Origin: Candidatus Latescibacterota bacterium
Lineage (GTDB): Bacteria > Latescibacterota > UBA2968 > UBA8231
DNA: 64,000 bases
Reading direction: 5' to 3'
Assembly: GCA_965200315.1 (NCBI GenBank)
Contig: OZ241362.1
Span: forward strand, 1,952,001-2,016,000
Shown in pieces: positions 19,873 to 28,581 of this stretch. Both the position numbers and the translations under genes were made by a program. The notes beneath the pieces were generated by a model. It did no database searches and had not been told where the DNA came from. It was given only the letters and a program-made list of their open reading frames with translations. How positions within the stretch are numbered: position 1 is the first letter of the stretch; each line of letters begins with the position of its first letter.

Positions 19873-20707
19873 CCTCGCCCACCACCTTTTCGGAAAAATG
19901 TATCACACTGAAGCGATCCGGGATGTGCGAATCATAGGTTCCGTGACTGGTCCAAGCCCACCCCGGACACACCCGCACGCCGCCTTCCTCAATCCACTGG
20001 AAACGCGAAAAATCCATGCGCCATATATCCCCTTCCCGCGCCGGCAGCGAGCGCCCGTCCGCCAAGTGCTGCAACCCCTGCCACGGAAAGGCGATTTCGG
20101 CGGTCCAGCCCCGGTCGGTGTCGCTGGAATCATTGATGGTGCCGTCCACCTGCACCGCCCATTACAACCCCGGCATGTCCCATTCGCGGAAGGCCCAGCG
20201 CCGCCCGCGCGGATGCCGATGTCCCGACTGCGGTCCTCCGAGGGTATCCACCAGCCGGGTCCCCAGCAGATCGAATTCGGGCAGCTTGGCGTACCCGGCC
20301 TCAATATAGGCGTCCTGCCAGATGTAGAACCGCTCCATGATAGTGCCTAGGGCATTCAGCTCGAATTCGTAATAGCTGTTCTCGCCGGCTATGAAAACCT
20401 CCACATCGTTCTCCTCGCAGATCATGGAATCGCGCGTGGTATAGGTCGCCCGCACATCCGGTTCTTCCACCCAGAAGCCCACATAGAGGTACTCGTCGTC
20501 CCACAACACCGCGGCCCGGGTGTCGAAAAGGCCCGGCCGGCCCGGTTCCTCCAGATCCTCAAAACGCGGCGATTGGGGCACCCGTTGCCACGATTCCTCG
20601 TCGAGGTGCCCGTCCACCGCAATCGGCCCCTTTGCCCGGTAGCTGATATAGTGCTTCAAGCCCTCTTCCGAATAGCCGTATTTACTCGTCATGTACTGGG
20701 CCTCCAC
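19865..20707 (-). pseudogene. Carbohydrate-binding family 9-like protein interrupted by one in-frame TAA
   Basis: ORFs 20162-20707 and 19865-20155 are in the same frame: MPGL*WAVQVDG versus the paralogue FPGLQVGVQVEG, consistent with CAA>TAA. Confidence 0.85.
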
Positions 20708-20737
20708 TGTAACTTTAACGCGGCTAGCTCGCGCCGC

Positions 20738-22087
20738 TCAGGAAGCCATCCGCATCGGCATAAGCACGGCAGCGTGGCCTTCCGCTCCCACCTCAAAGTG
20801 AAGGGGGGCCTCACTATGGTCAAGGTATATCCGCATTTCCTCTGCCGAGTCTTTCAGGGCCTCCACAATCGTTTTGAGGAAATCGTGATTGAGGCGGGCG
20901 CGGAATGATTTGCCATCCTCGCTATGTGTCACATCAGCCGGGCAGTTCACCGAATACTCCCAGTCTGGGAGGTCGTCGCCGGGCAGGTCGTCCGCGTTTT
21001 CTCCGGTCTGACTGAACCCTTGGTCCCGCGTCGTTCGCAGCACCAGTTTGCCCTCTGCGCTCGACACCCGCATCTCTACGCTGGGCACGTATTCCCAGCC
21101 GCTTTTCACCCGCTCGTGGCCGCCTCTGAGGAACGGCTCGATCTCCGCCACGCAGGCCATCAGATGCTCGCTGCGCACGACCGCCAAGATCGGACCGGGA
21201 GTGCCGACAGCCGCTTGATACTTGAGATACGGTCCGGGCGTTGCCGGGAACGTCACCCGGCGGCCGTCCGCGGTCTGCAACATGGCCGATTCCTCTTCGA
21301 GAATCAGCGTTGCCGAGTCGGTCTCCGGGATCATTTCAGGGTGCAACGAATCGAGAATCAGCGGGGCTGGCAGCGACGCTAGCCCCTTACTCGACCAGTT
21401 GAGTAGCCGCGAACCGTCCGTTGCGACAACGCGGCCGCCAGCGTCGAGACAGACGCAGTGCATAATGGGCCGCTTGGGATCGTCGCTCGTGAAGCGAGCT
21501 ACGCGACGCAGTCCGGCCAAATCGTCCGGGCCGAGTTTGAAGGTCTGAGCCGTGTTGGATTCCGCCATCGCCATGATCTCCTTTTGCAGGCGTTTGCGGG
21601 CCTTTTGCAGACGGCTCCTTACAGTTCCGGTTTGGAGGTGCAGCAAGTTTGCGGTCTGCTGATAGGAATAGCCCTTGAGGTAGTGGTGGACGATCACGTC
21701 TCGGTGGGGGTTACTCAATCGTCCGATTGCCTTCCGCCCCAAGGCCCTGATCGCCTTCTGCTCCTGCTCAGGCGGTGCCGCGAGGTCGAGTTGATCGAGC
21801 AGATTGAGTTGCGCGATACACCGCCGCTGCCACATACGCGCTTTGTTATCCGCGATCGAGCACAGCCAAGCACCGAATCGCTCGGGCGAGCGCAGCTCCG
21901 CTAGCTGCTGGTAAGCAGCCATGAACGCCTCCTGCAGGACGTCCTCTGCCGCCTCTTGCGCGCCCATCCTGCGAGTGAGCCTCACCAGCAGCCACGGCGT
22001 GTGTTCCTCAACGAGCAAACCAAACGCCGCAGAGTCGCCAGCCGCCGCCTTCTGTACGCAATGTTCCCCATTCCGTTCCATAATCAC
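20738..22087 (-). CDS. ECF sigma-70 factor fused to DNA polymerase III beta-clamp (DnaN) domains II-III
   Basis: Sigma2 AEDVLQEAF...RFGAWLCSIADN; sigma4 YSYQQTA...GTVRSRLQKAR; clamp-like TSDDPKRPIMHCV, VATDGSRL, GPYLKY, LNHDFLKTIVEALK, AAVLMPMR. Confidence 0.85.
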   Translation of the reverse strand: MIMERNGEHCVQKAAAGDSAAFGLLVEEHTPWLLVRLTRRMGAQEAAEDVLQEAFMAAYQQLAELRSPERFGAWLCSIADNKARMWQRRCIAQLNLLDQLDLAAPPEQEQKAIRALGRKAIGRLSNPHRDVIVHHYLKGYSYQQTANLLHLQTGTVRSRLQKARKRLQKEIMAMAESNTAQTFKLGPDDLAGLRRVARFTSDDPKRPIMHCVCLDAGGRVVATDGSRLLNWSSKGLASLPAPLILDSLHPEMIPETDSATLILEEESAMLQTADGRRVTFPATPGPYLKYQAAVGTPGPILAVVRSEHLMACVAEIEPFLRGGHERVKSGWEYVPSVEMRVSSAEGKLVLRTTRDQGFSQTGENADDLPGDDLPDWEYSVNCPADVTHSEDGKSFRARLNHDFLKTIVEALKDSAEEMRIYLDHSEAPLHFEVGAEGHAAVLMPMRMAS

Positions 22088-22157
22088 CCTTATAGTTGCT
22101 TCCGGGCGACAAAGGTAGCCGAAAAAAGGAGCTGTCGGGACAAATCCCGCCTACATC

Positions 22158-22186
22158 TTGACAGGATTCTCACAACATGTTGTCAA
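22158..22186. promoter_or_regulatory. Palindromic operator/promoter-like site between the divergent sigma gene and the yefM-yoeB remnant
   Basis: TTGACA-N17-TGTCAA, containing the perfect 12-bp palindrome ACAACATGTTGT (22172-22183). Confidence 0.4.
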
Positions 22187-22307
22187 TAAATAGGTACATA
22201 TAGCCGTCCATGAGTTGAAAGCATGGAACGTTTATCGGCCCCGTCTTCGCTGCGTTCCCTGTCGGCAGGCCCGCGGGTGAGACGCCCGCGCACAGAGCCG
22301 GGCGTTG

Positions 22308-22367
22308 TCTCCTTCTTCCGTAGAAGAGCTGCGCCGGGAACTCGGTCTTGGCGAAAAAGAAAATTAA
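22308..22367 (+). pseudogene. C-terminal remnant of a YefM/Phd-like antitoxin
   Basis: SPSSVEELRRELGLGEKEN* overlaps the yoeB start. The upstream part is replaced by a GGTGAGACGCCCGCGCAC repeat. Confidence 0.45.
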
Positions 22368-22625
22368 AAGGGAGGACGATCCCGCCGATAGCGAGCGGAT
22401 AGGGGTATTCCATCCTGAATTCGTTGAAGATACTAACCGCAAAATAGCGTTGCGCACCTTTGATCTGGCCGTGCTCCGCGACCCATTTTCAGGTATCGGC
22501 AAACCGGAACCCCTCAAATACCTCCCATCCGGTACTTGGTCGCAGCACCTTACGGAAGAACATCACCCAGTGTATATGGTAAGGGAAGGACGTATAGGTT
22601 TTTGCAGGTACGCTACCATTATTGA
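22348..22625 (+). pseudogene. yoeB: Txe/YoeB toxin, degenerate
   Basis: DPFSGIGKPEPLKY is retained. There are apparent short deletions (EFVED|TNRK), the usual WSRR/EHRL is altered to WSQH/EHHP, and the terminal QVRYHY* lies in another frame. Confidence 0.75.
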
Positions 22626-22685
22626 CGGACCGCACCCTGTGGGCTAAGAGCTTAATGTCGCCGCCTGAGCGGACAATTCGACGGG

Positions 22686-23942
22686 CTAGAAATTATACAT
22701 CAGGCTCAGGTCAATGAAGCTGTCGCGTCGGGTCTCGTAGTGGATATCCGCTTTGTCGATGTTGAGGAGATAGATCGACTCTAGGGCAACAGACCACTGG
22801 TTGGCAATGCGTCGCTTCAATGCAACGGCCAATGCGCGTGTGGCCCGATCCACATCCCCCAGCATACTGGCGACCACTTCGCTGCTCTGGACATCGTTGA
22901 ACGCAAGGCGCACGGCGAAGAAGAGATCGTTTTCGAGCGTATTGGGCGAGCGGCTGGGGGTCGCATTGCGGCCGCGCCCATCGTAACTCCATTCGCCGAG
23001 TACACTGAGGTCGACAGCCGTGCCCAATGCGGAATAAAACGTGTATTCGCCGCCAAAAACGGAAGCAATGTAATCCTCTTCCCTGCCGGACAGGTTGCGC
23101 GCACCAGCGCGCTGAATGGACTCCAGCTTGAACAACCAAGAGCCGACCGTTAGCTGGGCGTCCAGCCCAAACTGGCGGATCTGCTCGTAGTGCTGAATTA
23201 GGGCCGGTGCGCCGCCACTATCGCTACCCGGCAGCAAGAAAGGCTCTCGGCTGGTGCCATTGAATGCGCTCAAGCCAACATCGAAAAGCCCGAAATTCTG
23301 GCTATAGCGGGCGGCGAGATCGATGTGCCGCGCTTTGGCCGCGCTTTCGTATTCGACAGGCTCATCTTCTATTACAAACGGGAGACGCAGGCGGCCATGT
23401 TGGCCGGGAAAAGTGCGCGTCCGGTGATAGGGCAAAACGAAAAATTCCATCACCCCCCAATCGCTGGACCAAGTGCCGTGGACCATGGGTTGCCCCAGTT
23501 TGGTTTCTCCAACCGGATGTTCGACGAGATCGACCTGATTGACGATATCGACCAAGTGCTGCGACTCGGCGACGCCCCAGAACACCTGATCGATACCCAC
23601 GCGCAGCTCCCATTCGCCAGCACCGATCTCTCCGAACAGGAGCAAATAGGCTTCGCGCAAATCGGCATGGGTGCGGCGCGGATCTGAGTTGTCGTAGCGA
23701 AAGAACGGGGCCAGCGTGAGGCTTCTACCCGCGGCGTCTGCGAGATAGAGTTTGGGGGTTGCGACAAAGCCGCTGGCATAGGAGTGCTGGCCGGGAAAGG
23801 CACCGGCTTCGGGAAACCAGCGGCTTTCGGCGTTCAAGCGCCCGGAAAACTCGCGGTCCACCGCGAGTTCGGCGCGCACACTTACAGCGCAAACTGACGT
23901 CAAAATCCACAGCGCACCGACAGCGGCACGGCGTAGCATCAA
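22686..23942 (-). CDS. Outer-membrane beta-barrel-like protein
   Basis: Signal peptide, DLREAY...VFWGVAES...LVDIVNQ, C-terminal aromatic YNF; typical partner of LolA-like/MMPL clusters. Confidence 0.72.
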   Translation of the reverse strand: MMLRRAAVGALWILTSVCAVSVRAELAVDREFSGRLNAESRWFPEAGAFPGQHSYASGFVATPKLYLADAAGRSLTLAPFFRYDNSDPRRTHADLREAYLLLFGEIGAGEWELRVGIDQVFWGVAESQHLVDIVNQVDLVEHPVGETKLGQPMVHGTWSSDWGVMEFFVLPYHRTRTFPGQHGRLRLPFVIEDEPVEYESAAKARHIDLAARYSQNFGLFDVGLSAFNGTSREPFLLPGSDSGGAPALIQHYEQIRQFGLDAQLTVGSWLFKLESIQRAGARNLSGREEDYIASVFGGEYTFYSALGTAVDLSVLGEWSYDGRGRNATPSRSPNTLENDLFFAVRLAFNDVQSSEVVASMLGDVDRATRALAVALKRRIANQWSVALESIYLLNIDKADIHYETRRDSFIDLSLMYNF

Positions 23943-24805
23943 CGCGCTCGTTTCAGCCCGGTTTGCGTGAAATCGCGGTCGTCAAGGTCTGTTTGAAATT
24001 GAAAATCCGCCCAAGTCAGAACGGTGCTTTTCCCGGTCAGATGATTTTCCATCGTCATCTCGCCAGCGCGCCAGTAGCACTCCAAGTACTGCTGGTAATT
24101 GCTCAGGGTAAGCGTCTTCAAATGGGCATTCTTGCGGTCGTAGTACTCCACTTTCCAGATACGCAGTTCGTCTTTGTCGCGCCAGACTATTTGGCGGCTG
24201 TAGCCCGATTTCTTATGGGTGGGGTAGCGTTCGGTAACAGTGCAGATCAAATCACCGCAAGGCTCGTCGCGCAGGTACTTATACGTAAATTTCTCCACGG
24301 CTTGGGCTGTGAGGTCTTCATAGGCAAATTCGCTCCCCATAAAGGAGCCAGACTGATTTGACGAACTGATGCGCTTGACGCGCTTCAAAGCGGGGAGATA
24401 GAGCCATTGATCGTCTGCACCTTCATTTTTCGCGTGTACGAGCAATGCCGTTCCTTTCACATCGCGCGGCTCATCAAACACAAACAGGCTCTTGTCGCCG
24501 CCTTCGGGTACCTCAAGAATCTTTACTCGAAGCTGGCGTTGGCTTTCTTGCCCGTGTTTGTTCCGCAAAACCATGGCCTGTTGGGCGGTAAAGTTGCCAA
24601 AACCTTCGTCGCGTACCTGTGCATCCTGTTCAATTTTTCGTCCTACTTCGGCGGCATCCTCCTGCGCTTGTGCCAGTGGCGGCACCCACAGGCACAGCAA
24701 AAAGAACAAGCAAAATGCGGCGGACAAGCGCACCGAGCGGTCGGAATAAGTACGAGTCATAACATTCTTCCTATCAATGAGATATATAAGAATTAAAACC
24801 ATCAA
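23939..24805 (-). CDS. Outer-membrane lipoprotein-sorting (LolA-like) protein
   Basis: FDEPRDVKGTALL, DDQWLYLPALKRVKRISS, SFMGSEFAYED, VEYYD...LKTL. The true start may be ATG 24760. Confidence 0.88.
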   Translation of the reverse strand: MMVLILIYLIDRKNVMTRTYSDRSVRLSAAFCLFFLLCLWVPPLAQAQEDAAEVGRKIEQDAQVRDEGFGNFTAQQAMVLRNKHGQESQRQLRVKILEVPEGGDKSLFVFDEPRDVKGTALLVHAKNEGADDQWLYLPALKRVKRISSSNQSGSFMGSEFAYEDLTAQAVEKFTYKYLRDEPCGDLICTVTERYPTHKKSGYSRQIVWRDKDELRIWKVEYYDRKNAHLKTLTLSNYQQYLECYWRAGEMTMENHLTGKSTVLTWADFQFQTDLDDRDFTQTGLKRAR

Positions 24806-24849
24806 TTCACATATAAGAATGAAAAAAAGTACCGGGTGCCCGCTCTACA

Positions 24850-26217
24850 TTATAAGGGACGGGGGCCCAGCAGTTCCGCAACCTCCTCAGCCGCATCAAC
24901 ACCGCTGGCCAAGGCGCCGTTCACCGAGGGCATCCGCATGTAGTCGCCTGCCAGAAAAAGGTTCTTCACCAGCCGCCTGTGTTGACGGCGCATCTCTTCA
25001 ATCGCCCGCAATATGCCCGGCGGTCCGATACACAGGGCCTCCCGCCAGCGGTACACGCGGGTAAACAATCCCTCATCGTCGCCGGGAAGGTTGCTTCCCG
25101 GTGGGAGGGGATGTCGGCGCACATCGGCGAGCATCCGGTGCTTGATCTCTTCGTCGTCGAGGGGAAACATCTCCTCGGCGCATTCACGACCGACGAGCAT
25201 GTCCAAAGTGCTCTTGCCCGGCGGCACACAGGCGGGCAGGTTGATGGAGCGGTCCAGAAGCAAGGGCGTTTCGTCTTCGGGATACAACACACCGTTCCAA
25301 CCAGCGGGAAGCGGCCGACGGTCGAGACCGATCACGACTCGGCAGCCGCGCGAGTACCTTATCTTGCTGAGTACGCGGCGGATCTCAGCCGGCAGATCGG
25401 GAATGATGTTCAGCGCCGTTGTGGCGGAGGTGGCGCAGATGACGGCGTCCGCTTCGATGGGTCCGCCATCCACGATCACACTCGTCACGGTCCCGTCTCG
25501 AATGATCACGTTCCTAACGGGCGTCGATACGCGAATGTCGGCTCCGCAGGCGTCGGCCAAGGCGTAGGTCAGAGAGCCGATCCCTTCCTCCGGCACGTAG
25601 AGCTGATCGGCCTTGGCCATGATCTGCCCCACATACGTCAGCGCGTACGCGGCACTCATATCGTCCAGCTCGCCCATCGTCATCTCAAGGAATCCTCGCA
25701 ACGACAGGAGCATATCCTCTGGCACACCTATTCTATTCAGGTATTCGCGGGCGCTTTCCGCCTCATCGAATTCGGCGATGCGCGAGTCGCTCGCGAAAGT
25801 TACATACGCCTGCTTGTCCTTGATTATCCGGCCCAGCTTGATGCTCGCCAAGATCGACCGGGGCGACAATAACCCCAAGTTCCACAAGGCCGGCAGATTC
25901 TTGATCATGCCGCCTAACGATTGCTCCGGCGTTGTGACGCTGAATTGACCGTTTTTGTACCAGCCAAGTTTCATCATCGAACGAATCAGGGGCAGTCCCA
26001 ACTCCTCGCACAGACGCAAAGCGACATCGTGGGAAGCCGTGAAGAAGTCCGCGCCCTCGTCCAATAAAAAACCGTCCACCCGGTCGCCGCCCAGACGCCC
26101 GCCTACGCGGTCATTGACCTCAAACAAGATAGGGTTGATACCGTATTTCTTAAGCGTATAGGCCGCGCTTAATCCCGCCGCTCCGCCGCCAATTACGATA
26201 ACTGTTTTCTTTTTCAT
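24850..26217 (-). CDS. FAD-dependent oxidoreductase (amine oxidase/protoporphyrinogen oxidase-like)
   Basis: VIGGGAAGLSAA, E...RVGGR, FLAGDY...NGALASG. Confidence 0.88.
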   Translation of the reverse strand: MKKKTVIVIGGGAAGLSAAYTLKKYGINPILFEVNDRVGGRLGGDRVDGFLLDEGADFFTASHDVALRLCEELGLPLIRSMMKLGWYKNGQFSVTTPEQSLGGMIKNLPALWNLGLLSPRSILASIKLGRIIKDKQAYVTFASDSRIAEFDEAESAREYLNRIGVPEDMLLSLRGFLEMTMGELDDMSAAYALTYVGQIMAKADQLYVPEEGIGSLTYALADACGADIRVSTPVRNVIIRDGTVTSVIVDGGPIEADAVICATSATTALNIIPDLPAEIRRVLSKIRYSRGCRVVIGLDRRPLPAGWNGVLYPEDETPLLLDRSINLPACVPPGKSTLDMLVGRECAEEMFPLDDEEIKHRMLADVRRHPLPPGSNLPGDDEGLFTRVYRWREALCIGPPGILRAIEEMRRQHRRLVKNLFLAGDYMRMPSVNGALASGVDAAEEVAELLGPRPL

Positions 26218-26230
26218 GGTATTTCCTAAA

Positions 26231-28513
26231 TCACAAATTCTTCCGATCGATAGCGATCAACAACGCAGGAAGAAGCAAGAAATCGGCGACTATCGCAAAG
26301 ACAATGGTGATTGCCACCAAAAAACCGAGCACCCAAGTGAGTTCAAACCCCGATGCGAGGAAAACCATAAAGCCCAACGCCAAGACCACAGACGTCGTCC
26401 ATAACGCATACCCTACGGTGCGAAAGGAGAAGCGCACGGCATCGGGTGCGGAAAGGCCCTCGCGTCTGGCTTTTAGGTATTTACTCAGAAAATGAATGGT
26501 ATCGTCCACGACGATTCCGAAGACAACGGCAATGACCACCGAAGAGACAATGCCGATATGCCCGACGAGATACCCCCAAAGGCCGAAGGTCATGAGCGAA
26601 GGAATGAAATTGGGTAAAAGGCTGAGAAGTCCAAGTCGAACACTCTTGAAAACCCACATCAGGATGAATGAAATAAGCACCAACGCCGTGATTATACCGC
26701 TCAACATGCTGTTGATATTTCGTTGTGACATATGGGCAACCATGACGCTCAGCCCTGAAGCTTCGTACAAAAAATCAGGGGCATTGTCGTGGAGATAGGC
26801 CTGTGCGCGCTTATCGAGTTCGCGCAGACCTTTTGACGTGGCATTCTCAACCACGACGGCCATGCGCGTAGCGGATTTAGCGACATCAATACGGTCGTTC
26901 AGGTCGCTCCCGAACGGGAGCGAAAGCTCGTAGAGCAACAGATACTGTGCTGCGAGATCCGGGGTTTCGGGCAGGCGGTAGAAGGTCGGATCGTCGCCGT
27001 GCATGTTTTTGTTGAGCCGTTTCATAATGTCCGAAAAGGCCTGTACATGGGCTACTTCGGGTTGCTGCCGGTACCATTCGGCGAAAGCCTCAACCTTGCG
27101 CAGATAATCGGGATCGGTAATGCCGCCTTCTTTTCCTGAGGACAGGGAGTATTCCAGTTTGTCCAAGCCAGTCAGGTTTTCAACGATGTAATCTGAATCG
27201 CGTCGGACCTCGTAACGTTCATCGAAAAATTTCGTCAAATTATCGCCCAGTTCAATGCGAGGAATGCCTAGGGCCAAGACAACGGTTATCGAGGAGAGAG
27301 ACCAGAGCAGGAATGTGCGCCGGGCGATGACAAAGTCGGCAAGGCGATCAAAGAAAATTGTCTCTTGAGAGCGTAAGCGAGACGTGCGCAAGGGCAGAAT
27401 TGAAAGCAACGCGGGCAGGATCGTCAGGGAGTACACGAAGGCGCACAATACGCCAAATGCCACGAGATTGCCCAAGACGTGAAAAGGCGGTGAATCTGAG
27501 GTGTTCAAGCTGAGGAATCCGATTGCCGTTGTGGCCGAGGTGAGAAATATCGGGTAGGCATTGATGCGTATCGATTCAACTATCGCTGTATTTTTATCTA
27601 GGCCGCGCCGCATCCCCAGTAGAACACTCGTGATGAGGTGGATTGAATCCGCGATGGCGATCACCATAATAATGACGGGCACACCGGCATTGGTGGGAGA
27701 GAACACCACACCTATCCAGCCAGCAAACCCCATGGTGGTATTGATGACGAATAGGAGGACGGCGACGATGGCTACGGTGCAGAGAATTGAGCGTAAGAAA
27801 ACAATTGAGAAGCCCGCGATGACGAGAAACACCAATGGTACTAGGGTCTCGAAGTCATCCTGTGTGGCATCGGCGAAAGCCCGGTTGATGACGACATAGC
27901 CCGTCGTATAATAGCGAATGTCCGGGTGGCTCGTGCGGGCTTGGGCCAGGAGGGAATTGAGAAAATCGGTAATTTCGATTACTGCCTGGTCTTGATTTTC
28001 GGGCAGGACAAAATCGATAGACACTGCGGCTATGTGGCCGTCAGAGGATGCCAGATTCCCGACGATATCAATATCGCCTAGCGCGATCCCCTCAATTCGC
28101 GTCAAGTCGGCATCGCTCAGTGCCTGCGCGTCCTCCACGAGCGACGCGACGACCAATTCGTCGCCGCGTGCTTCGCTGTGGATATAGTTGGTGAGGGAGG
28201 TGACCCGACTGGAATAAGGCACTTGCCACGCCTTTTCGGTCAGTTCTTCAATCGCGCCAAGCACTTCGCGCGTGAACACCGAGCCTTCGCGCGGCGCAAT
28301 GGCAATCAGTGCCGAATTGGATGCCGAGTAGGTGTTTTCCAGGGCGTCGAAAGCAAGGAGCTGAGGATTGTCTTCGCTGAACAGCATGCGGTAGTCGTTG
28401 GCAACGGCGATAAAGCGAGTACCGTACGTCAGGGCCAACATGACCAGTGTTGACAGCACAACCACCAGCCAGCGATAGCGCAAGATGGCAGTGGAGTAGC
28501 GATCTAATTGCAT
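26231..28513 (-). CDS. MMPL/RND-family transporter
   Basis: Two TM repeats with IAIADSIH and GIVVDDTIHF, TTAIGFLS, large periplasmic loops. Confidence 0.92.
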   Translation of the reverse strand: MQLDRYSTAILRYRWLVVVLSTLVMLALTYGTRFIAVANDYRMLFSEDNPQLLAFDALENTYSASNSALIAIAPREGSVFTREVLGAIEELTEKAWQVPYSSRVTSLTNYIHSEARGDELVVASLVEDAQALSDADLTRIEGIALGDIDIVGNLASSDGHIAAVSIDFVLPENQDQAVIEITDFLNSLLAQARTSHPDIRYYTTGYVVINRAFADATQDDFETLVPLVFLVIAGFSIVFLRSILCTVAIVAVLLFVINTTMGFAGWIGVVFSPTNAGVPVIIMVIAIADSIHLITSVLLGMRRGLDKNTAIVESIRINAYPIFLTSATTAIGFLSLNTSDSPPFHVLGNLVAFGVLCAFVYSLTILPALLSILPLRTSRLRSQETIFFDRLADFVIARRTFLLWSLSSITVVLALGIPRIELGDNLTKFFDERYEVRRDSDYIVENLTGLDKLEYSLSSGKEGGITDPDYLRKVEAFAEWYRQQPEVAHVQAFSDIMKRLNKNMHGDDPTFYRLPETPDLAAQYLLLYELSLPFGSDLNDRIDVAKSATRMAVVVENATSKGLRELDKRAQAYLHDNAPDFLYEASGLSVMVAHMSQRNINSMLSGIITALVLISFILMWVFKSVRLGLLSLLPNFIPSLMTFGLWGYLVGHIGIVSSVVIAVVFGIVVDDTIHFLSKYLKARREGLSAPDAVRFSFRTVGYALWTTSVVLALGFMVFLASGFELTWVLGFLVAITIVFAIVADFLLLPALLIAIDRKNL

Positions 28514-28581
28514 AGGGACTTTCTAACTAAGGCGTCGAAAGCGAGAAGTGGCGACCTGCCTCTGCTACGCAGAACGCGGCC

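Noticed and set aside
20162-20164. Programmed stop-codon recoding (Sec/Pyl or alternative code) in the CBM9-like gene
   Set aside because: The codon is TAA, which many intact genes here use as a true stop, and the aligned residue is Gln. A point mutation or sequencing error is simpler.
20738-21550. Calling the clamp-like region the replicative dnaN
   Set aside because: It lacks domain I, is fused to a sigma factor, is divergent, and has no dnaA/recF/gyrB context.
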